Assembly (NCBI GenBank): GCA_001563335.1
Contig: LRSL01000102.1
Coordinates: 1 to 11,714 of the forward strand
Length of the DNA: 11,714 nucleotides
Source of the DNA: Candidatus Thorarchaeota archaeon SMTZ1-45
GTDB lineage: Archaea; Asgardarchaeota; Thorarchaeia; Thorarchaeales; Thorarchaeaceae
Direction of reading: 5' to 3'
Below, piece after piece: positions 1 to 5,980 of this stretch. Under the pieces are notes generated by a model. It was given only the letters and a program-made list of their open reading frames with translations, was not told where the DNA came from and did not search any database. Made by a program: the position numbers and the translations under genes. Every line of letters begins with the position of its first letter. The first letter of the stretch is position 1.

Positions 1-1953
1 GTTTTTGTAGCCACCGGAGCTCCTGCTAGTCGACTTATGAAAGTGAAAGGTGAAACTGCGAAAGGTGTTCACCACGCACTCGATTTTCTTGACAGAGTCA
101 ATAGCAGAAAGGCAGTCAGTATCGGAAAGAATGTGGCTGTCATAGGGGGCGGAAATGCAGCCATTGATGCAGCTCGTACTGCAAAGCGATTGGGTGCGAG
201 CAAGGTTACAATTGTTTACAGGCGTTCTCGAGAAGAAATGCCTGCTATTCCTAGTGAAGTCGATGAAGCGGAGAATGAGGGCGTTAAGATTGATTTTCTT
301 GCTGCTCCGATAGAGATTCTTGAATCTGGAAAAGAAGTTTCAGGAATGAAATGTACAAGGATGCGCCTCGGTGCACCCGATGATTCAGGTAGAAGAAGAC
401 CTGTCCCTATTGCTGGTTCTGAGTTCAAAATGAATATCGACACAGTCATTATAGCGATAGGCCAGGAGGTCACTTCTGACGCACTATTATCTGGTCTAGA
501 GCCATCGATGTGGGGTACTCTTGAAGTCGATCCTATCACATTGGAAACCAACACCAAAGGCGTTTTTGGTGGAGGGGATGTTGTCAGTGGAGGAGCCACA
601 GCTATTGAAGCTGTAGCAACAGGGAAGGAAGCTGCAAAGTCAATCGATAGATATCTCCAAGGAAAAGACCTGAACGAGGACCGAGAAGAGGTACTAATCC
701 CAATAGAGAACATTGAAGTTGATGAAGCATCAATGAAATTCAGGTACGCTCCAGCAATGCGCACACTTAGTATGGCAAAGAGAAAAAGTACCTTTGAAGA
801 AGTGGAGCTTGGTTTCAACGAAGTGACTGCTATTGCAGAAGCTGATCGTTGTTTAAGTTGTGGTGTATGTTGTGAGTGCGAGAAGTGTGTTGAAGCATGT
901 AAATTGAATGCTGTTGACCATTCGTTAAAGGATGAGATAGTTGAACTTAACGTTGGTGCAATCATCGTTGCCACGGGCTTCAAAGTGCATGACCCATTTG
1001 AAACTCGTGAGTTTGGATATGGGACATTTGAAAATGTGATAACCAATGCTCAATTAGAGCGACTCACCAATGCAGCTGGTCCAACACAAGGAAAACCGAA
1101 ACGCCCATCAGACCATACAATTCCAAAACGAGTTGCGTTTGTGCAATGTATTGGGTCCAGAGACCGACGATTTAACCAAGACTACTGCTGTTATATCGGA
1201 TGTGAGAACTCTCTCAAGCAAGCTATCCAGATTAAGGAGAAGTATCCTGAAACAGAAGTCACTATCTATGCTATGGATATAAGGACTCATGGATTAGGAT
1301 ATGAGGGTCTATACCGAAGAGCTCGTGAAATGGGGGTTGTTGTTGTAAAGGGACGACCTTCTGAGATTGAGGAAGATCCCAAGACAAAGTCACTTGTTGT
1401 ACTAGCAGAGGACCTCTATACTGGAGAGCGTTTAGAAACAACAACAGATCTTGTGGTTCTCGCAACTGCACTTCTACCAAATGATGACACTGCTGAGTTG
1501 GCTCGTAAGTTGAAGGTTTCCACAGGAGAATATGGTTATATGATGGAAGCCCATCCAAAACTACGACCTGTTGATTCATTTCAAGATGGTGTATTCCTAG
1601 CTGGCGCAGTCTTGGGTCCTATGGATATACCAAAAGCTGTTGCATACGGTAAAGGTGCAGCCGCAGGTGCCCAAGCTTTGATGGCTCCTGGTGTTTTCTA
1701 TGTAGAACCGATCTATGCTGAGATTGATACAGATCTCTGCTTTGATTGTGACCTATGTGCTGAGATATGTCCATACACAGCAATATCTGGAACAGGAGAA
1801 GATCGTCGTGTATTGTTCGAGCTTTGTCAAGGCTGTGGAACATGTGCCGCAGCTTGTCCAAAGAATGCAATCGATATGCGACATTATCGCAAACAGCAGA
1901 TTATACCGCAGGTAATAGCTGCAGCTTCTGTAAAAGGAGGGTTGGTAAGTTGA
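1..1953 (+). CDS. hdrA: HdrL-type protein: heterodisulfide reductase subunit A-like flavoprotein with a GltD/NfnB-like NAD(P)H-binding domain (5'-truncated by the window edge)
   Basis: The frame is open from base 1 (VFVATGAPASRLMKVKGE...), so ATG 37 is internal. GltD-like motifs: VIGGGNAAIDAARTAKRLG, VYRRSREEMPA, GVFGGGD. These are followed by EADRCLSCGVCCECEKCVEAC, the HdrA motifs VGAIIVATG, QLERL, VQCIGSRD, DIRT, EAHPKLRPVD and GVFLAG, and a C-terminal 2x[4Fe-4S] domain (CFDCDLCAEICP, CQGCGTCAAACP). Confidence 0.92.
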   Translation, partial: VFVATGAPASRLMKVKGETAKGVHHALDFLDRVNSRKAVSIGKNVAVIGGGNAAIDAARTAKRLGASKVTIVYRRSREEMPAIPSEVDEAENEGVKIDFLAAPIEILESGKEVSGMKCTRMRLGAPDDSGRRRPVPIAGSEFKMNIDTVIIAIGQEVTSDALLSGLEPSMWGTLEVDPITLETNTKGVFGGGDVVSGGATAIEAVATGKEAAKSIDRYLQGKDLNEDREEVLIPIENIEVDEASMKFRYAPAMRTLSMAKRKSTFEEVELGFNEVTAIAEADRCLSCGVCCECEKCVEACKLNAVDHSLKDEIVELNVGAIIVATGFKVHDPFETREFGYGTFENVITNAQLERLTNAAGPTQGKPKRPSDHTIPKRVAFVQCIGSRDRRFNQDYCCYIGCENSLKQAIQIKEKYPETEVTIYAMDIRTHGLGYEGLYRRAREMGVVVVKGRPSEIEEDPKTKSLVVLAEDLYTGERLETTTDLVVLATALLPNDDTAELARKLKVSTGEYGYMMEAHPKLRPVDSFQDGVFLAGAVLGPMDIPKAVAYGKGAAAGAQALMAPGVFYVEPIYAEIDTDLCFDCDLCAEICPYTAISGTGEDRRVLFELCQGCGTCAAACPKNAIDMRHYRKQQIIPQVIAAASVKGGLVS

Positions 1954-2378
1954 CACGAAAAAGATTCGAACCAAGTATTGTTGCATTCACCTGCAACTGG
2001 TGTTCATATGGAGGTGCTGATCTTGCTGGCATCTCCAGAATTCAGCATCCACCAAATGCAAAGGTCATCCGGCTCATGTGCTCAGGTCGTGTAGATCCAA
2101 TTATGGTGATTGAAGCATTCAAAGGTGGTGCTGATGGTGTGATGGTCACAGGATGTCATATTGGAGATTGCCATTATGCAACGGGCAATCATCGCACTCA
2201 GGTTCGTTTTGACGCCCTTCAGATGGCAATGAAGACAATGGGTTTGCACCCCGACCGATTAAAACTCCTCTGGGCCAGTGCTTCAGAGGGACAACAGTGG
2301 GCTGATGGGATAACAGAGATGACGGAGACGATTCGACAACTCGGACCAAATCCAATCAAGGGTGGAGGTGATGCATAG
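1950..2378 (+). CDS. mvhD: MvhD/FlpD family [2Fe-2S] subunit (methyl-viologen-reducing hydrogenase delta subunit), about 142 aa
   Basis: Motifs FEPSIVAFTCNWCSYGGAD, IRLMCSGRVDP, GADGVMVTGCHIGDCHY, WASASE and LGPNP. The likely start is TTG 1950, overlapping the upstream TGA (TTGA), with SD AAGGAGG at 1934-1940. The ORF-track start at 1767 lies inside hdrA. Confidence 0.93.
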   Translation: MTRKRFEPSIVAFTCNWCSYGGADLAGISRIQHPPNAKVIRLMCSGRVDPIMVIEAFKGGADGVMVTGCHIGDCHYATGNHRTQVRFDALQMAMKTMGLHPDRLKLLWASASEGQQWADGITEMTETIRQLGPNPIKGGGDA

Positions 2379-3718
2379 TGACTGTAGCTGGTGAGAAAGT
2401 AAACCTTAGTTTGATGAAACCATCAGAAACCGCTCTTGTAATTGGAGGTGGAGTGGCTGGAATGCAAGCAGCTCTTGACATAGCAGATCAGGGATTCCAA
2501 GTGATTCTTGTTGAAAAGACACCTTCAATTGGGGGTGTCATGGCAATGCTAGACAAGACATTCCCAACACTCGACTGTAGTGCGTGTATATTAACACCAA
2601 GATTGAGTGAGGTTTCTCGCCATCCAAACATCAAGCTCTTGACCTACAGTGAGGTCACAGGCATTTCAGGAGAGGCCGGTGACTTCAGAGTGAATGTCCT
2701 CAAGAAGGCTCGTAAGGTTCTAGAAGATAAATGCTCAGGTTGTGGGGATTGCGTACCTCACTGTCCCGTCCAAGTACGGAATGAGTTTGACCAGAACCTT
2801 GGATACAGAAAAGCAATCTACATTGGATTCCCACAAAATACTCCTCTTATCTACACTATAGATAATGAGAATTGCATCAAATGTGAGCTTTGTGTTAAGT
2901 CTTGTGAGAGAGAAGCAATTGATCTTTCAATGGAAGATGAAGAGATAGAGATTCCTGTTGGAGCAATTGTAATTGCGACTGGCTACGAGCTCTTTGATGT
3001 ATCGCAATACCACAGGCTTGGTTATGGTCGATTTAAGAATGTCATTAATGCACTTGAGTATGAACGACTCATCAATGCTGCTGGACCTACCGGGGGTAAT
3101 CTCATGAGGCTTAGCGATGGAAAGATACCAAAATCCATTGGGTTTGTCCAATGCGTTGGAGCTCGAGATGTGAAAAAGGATGTTCCCTATTGTAGCAGAG
3201 TCTGTTGTATGTATGGAATCAAAAATGCAGTCATGGCCAAAGAACTACAACATGACAATGTCAAGAATGTGACAATATACTATGCTGACATCCGAGCCTA
3301 TGGCAAGGGCTTCGAAGAGTTCTATAACATGGCTAAGGAACGTTTCGGAATCAAGTTCATTCGCGGTCGAGTAGGAGAAGTAGAGGAGGTACCCAAATCC
3401 AAGAATATCATAGTCTGGGCTGAGAACACAGAAACAGGTGATTTCTTGAAGCATGAACATGAACTTCTTGTCCTGTGTCCTGGTATTCTTCCTCCAAAAG
3501 GGTTGAAGGAATTAGCTGGTAATCTAGGTCTCGAAGTAAGCGTTGATGGATTCATCCCTATTCAATATCCTGCAAGTAATCCAGTTGATACAGCAGTGTC
3601 AGGTGTCTATGTCGCTGGTTGTGCTGAATCTGCTAAAGACATCCCTGATTCTGTAGCTGCAGGGAGTGCAGCTGCAATGCGGGCAAGTATAACTCTTGCA
3701 CGAGGAGGTGAGCCATGA
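2378..3718 (+). CDS. hdrA: HdrA paralog: FAD core plus inserted 2x[4Fe-4S] ferredoxin; lacks the N-terminal and C-terminal Fe-S domains
   Basis: Motifs ALVIGGGVAGMQAAL, LDKTFPTLDCSACILTP, CSGCGDCVPHCP, CIKCELCVKSC, LEYERL, QCVGARD, YCSRVCCMYGIK and DIRAYGKGFEEFY. GTG start overlaps the mvhD TAG; SD GGAGGTGA at 2364-2371. Confidence 0.93.
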   Translation: MTVAGEKVNLSLMKPSETALVIGGGVAGMQAALDIADQGFQVILVEKTPSIGGVMAMLDKTFPTLDCSACILTPRLSEVSRHPNIKLLTYSEVTGISGEAGDFRVNVLKKARKVLEDKCSGCGDCVPHCPVQVRNEFDQNLGYRKAIYIGFPQNTPLIYTIDNENCIKCELCVKSCEREAIDLSMEDEEIEIPVGAIVIATGYELFDVSQYHRLGYGRFKNVINALEYERLINAAGPTGGNLMRLSDGKIPKSIGFVQCVGARDVKKDVPYCSRVCCMYGIKNAVMAKELQHDNVKNVTIYYADIRAYGKGFEEFYNMAKERFGIKFIRGRVGEVEEVPKSKNIIVWAENTETGDFLKHEHELLVLCPGILPPKGLKELAGNLGLEVSVDGFIPIQYPASNPVDTAVSGVYVAGCAESAKDIPDSVAAGSAAAMRASITLARGGEP

Positions 3719-5463
3719 TGGGAGATAAGGATGAAACAAGAATTGGTGTATTCGTCTGCCACTGTGGTCACAACATCGCTGGTACAGTGGATGTTGAATC
3801 CGTAGCAAAGAATGCATACCACTATCCTAATGTGGTCTATTCGGTTGATCTTATGTTCACATGTAGTGATGCTGGACAATCACACATTCGTGAGAAGATA
3901 GATGAACATAACCTGAATCGTGTTGTTGTCGCAAGTTGCTCACCTAGAATGCACGAGCCAACTTTCCGAAGAGTGGTAGAAGAGGCTGGTCTCAATAGAT
4001 ATCTATTCGAGCAGGTGAACCTTCGAGAACATTGTAGTTGGTGTCATGCTCGTGAACCAGAGAAAGCCACCCTCAAGGCTGATGACTTGGTTCGAATGGC
4101 GGTAGCTCGAGCTGCTCTTCTAGAACCACTTGAGGTGAAGACTGTTTCAGTTGAACCTCACGCGCTCGTCGTAGGTGGTGGAGTCACCGGATTGAGAGCT
4201 GCAGTAGATATTGGCTCACGTGGTTTTAAGGTTACACTAGTTGAGAAAGAGTCTAACCTTGGAGGTCATCTACGCCTTCTTTCTACAATGTATCCCAACA
4301 ATGAGAAAGCTGTAGATGTAATAGATCGGATGCTCATTGCAGCAAAAGCAATCAACGACATCGAGTTATTGACAGACTCAGTTGTGATTGATTTTGATGG
4401 TCACATAGGCAATTTTGAGGCACAGATAAAGAACCTCAAGACAGGAAAGACTATAAAACGGACAATTGGAGCTGTGATCATTGCTACTGGATTCGAACCT
4501 TTTGTACCTGAAGGCTACTACGAGTTTGGTAACAATCCAAATATTATAACGCTTGCAGACTATGAGAGGATGAAGTCCACAGGCTCTGTCCTCAAAATAA
4601 GTGATGGGCGACCTCCAAAGAATATCATGTTCATTGGATGCGTTGGGTCTCGCGAAGAGGGCAAGAAGGGACACGAGCATTGTTCACGTTATTGCTGCAC
4701 AGCAATGACAAAAGCGGCTTCTGATATCAAAGATAAGACTGAAGAAGTGATGGTCCTCTATGATGACCTCAGAACTTTTGGTAGAGGTCATGAGGAGATT
4801 CATCGTGAAGCTAGGTTCAAACATGTCATGTTCTCGAAGTTCGCTCATAACAAGAAACCAAAAGTCTGCTTTGATGAAGAAAAGATTGTTGTTAAATGGA
4901 AGGATGTCCTATCAGACACTTATTGCGAGTTCGAGCCTGACCTACTAGTACTCACTACAGCAATGGTGCCTCCTGCAGGGACAGATGAAGTTGCAAAACT
5001 ATTCAGCTTAACTCGATCAGGTGATGGTTTCTTCAATGAAGAACACATCAAGCTCGCTCCGCTCACAACGCACACAGCAGGTATTATGATTGCAGGAGTA
5101 GCTCAATCAGCGAAGGATGCGACAGACAGTGCAACTCAAGCTAGTGGTGCTGCTGCAAAAGCAACATCTTTGATGGCACGCAAGAACGTCGAAATTGAAT
5201 CAACAGTGTCATGGGTTGATGAAACACTTTGTTCTTCTTGCCACACTTGTGTTCAAGCTTGTCCCTTTGGTGCAATAGAAATGGTCACTACGAAAGATCC
5301 TCCTATCGCATTTGTGACAGAGGCAAAATGCAAAGGCTGTGGAACCTGTGCTGCTGCATGTCCAAGTAATGCTATAACAATGCGACACTCAACTGATGAG
5401 CAAATCATGAGCATGGTGGAGGCGTTTCTATTGCCTTCTGTAATAAAAGGAGGTGGAGATTAG
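3715..5463 (+). CDS. hdrA: HdrA paralog: N-terminal Fe-S domain, FAD core and C-terminal 2x[4Fe-4S]; lacks the inserted ferredoxin
   Basis: Motifs RIGVFVCHCGHNIAG, FTCS, VVASCSPRMHE, NLREHCSWCH, ALVVGGGVTG, GCVGSRE, HCSRYCC, CSSCHTCVQACP and CKGCGTCAAACP. ATGATG overlaps the upstream TGA, so the start is 3715 or 3718; SD GGAGGTGA at 3704-3711. Confidence 0.93.
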   Translation: MMGDKDETRIGVFVCHCGHNIAGTVDVESVAKNAYHYPNVVYSVDLMFTCSDAGQSHIREKIDEHNLNRVVVASCSPRMHEPTFRRVVEEAGLNRYLFEQVNLREHCSWCHAREPEKATLKADDLVRMAVARAALLEPLEVKTVSVEPHALVVGGGVTGLRAAVDIGSRGFKVTLVEKESNLGGHLRLLSTMYPNNEKAVDVIDRMLIAAKAINDIELLTDSVVIDFDGHIGNFEAQIKNLKTGKTIKRTIGAVIIATGFEPFVPEGYYEFGNNPNIITLADYERMKSTGSVLKISDGRPPKNIMFIGCVGSREEGKKGHEHCSRYCCTAMTKAASDIKDKTEEVMVLYDDLRTFGRGHEEIHREARFKHVMFSKFAHNKKPKVCFDEEKIVVKWKDVLSDTYCEFEPDLLVLTTAMVPPAGTDEVAKLFSLTRSGDGFFNEEHIKLAPLTTHTAGIMIAGVAQSAKDATDSATQASGAAAKATSLMARKNVEIESTVSWVDETLCSSCHTCVQACPFGAIEMVTTKDPPIAFVTEAKCKGCGTCAAACPSNAITMRHSTDEQIMSMVEAFLLPSVIKGGGD

Positions 5464-5811
5464 ATGAAAGAAACCGCTAACCTAGACAAACTTGAAGCTG
5501 CAGCTGCTGCATTTGGAGATGAACGATTGAGATGGCTTGTTGGCAAAGGCGATATACTTGTCCAGCGTGGGGAGCTCACACAAGAACGATTGAAGCAGCT
5601 GATGGAACAGACAGTAAGGGAAGAGATTGATCGGAACCATATCATGAGAGAAATCCGCGATGGTCCAGCTACAATTACAGAAATAGCAAAAGGAGCCAAT
5701 ATGGAAAAAGATTACATACTTGAGAATCTTCTCGCATTGATGAAATGGAATCTAGTTGAAATTGTCGGAGAAGAAAATAGAGAGTATATTTACGCAAGGA
5801 AGGAGATTTGA
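5464..5811 (+). CDS. Small Hdr-operon protein with a probable C-terminal winged helix-turn-helix
   Basis: 115-aa ORF directly after the hdrA stop, SD GGAGGTGG at 5449-5456. The C-terminal segment IREIRDGPATITEIAKGANMEKDYILENLLALMKWNLVEI fits a wHTH pattern (actual sequence IMREIRDGPATITEIAK...). Confidence 0.8.
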   Translation: MKETANLDKLEAAAAAFGDERLRWLVGKGDILVQRGELTQERLKQLMEQTVREEIDRNHIMREIRDGPATITEIAKGANMEKDYILENLLALMKWNLVEIVGEENREYIYARKEI

Positions 5812-5835
5812 GATCTCCTTCCAGTTTTCTTCTTC
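5798..5835 (+). terminator. Putative transcription terminator of the hdr operon
   Basis: Perfect 10-bp stem GGAAGGAGAT (5798-5807) / ATCTCCTTCC (5813-5822) with loop TTGAG, followed by pyrimidine-rich AGTTTTCTTCTTC. Confidence 0.6.
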
Positions 5836-5955
5836 ACAAAATCTTTCATCATGCTGACTTTGGGAATAGATGTCTGAAGTTATGTCCAATTTATGACCTC
5901 ATAAAAAGAGCATAAGCTCGTTTTCAATTCCGTAAGTCTTTTCATTCTATGTAGC

Positions 5956-5975
5956 ATTCACAAACCTGTGTGAAT
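5956..5975. promoter_or_regulatory. Inverted repeat ATTCACA-N6-TGTGAAT directly upstream of the aminotransferase
   Basis: Perfect 7-bp arms at 5956-5962 and 5969-5975, ending 5 nt before ATG 5981. Function is inferred only. Confidence 0.4.
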
Positions 5976-5980
5976 ACATC

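Noticed and set aside
216-1046. 276-aa antisense ORF, and the other short overlapping ORFs in the track
   Set aside because: They are shadows of well-supported genes and lack recognisable motifs; this one is Ser-rich, as is typical of antisense frames.
1825-1940. Nucleotide similarity between the 3' ends of hdrL and hdrA'' (about 5329-5453)
   Set aside because: It is explained by the conserved CxGCGTCAAACP ferredoxin motif and the embedded SD; synonymous positions differ, so it is not a recent repeat.
1767-1949. N-terminal extension of MvhD in the ORF track
   Set aside because: It overlaps the hdrL ferredoxin domain in another frame; MvhD similarity and the SD point to TTG 1950.
1950-5463. 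Selenocysteine recoding in MvhD or HdrA, known in some archaea
   Set aside because: There are no internal in-frame TGA codons. The positions that can be Sec are Cys codons, and the terminal TGAs overlap downstream start codons.
2378-5463. The two partial HdrA genes as pseudogenes or one frameshifted gene
   Set aside because: Each has its own complete FAD core, intact motifs, an SD and a coupled start; the deletions follow domain boundaries.
5891-5915. TTATGACCTCATAAAAAGAGCATAA, a small hairpin with ATGA and an A-run as a possible SECIS
   Set aside because: The upper stem is only about 3 bp, there is no correctly placed GA partner, and no Sec codon is visible in the operon.
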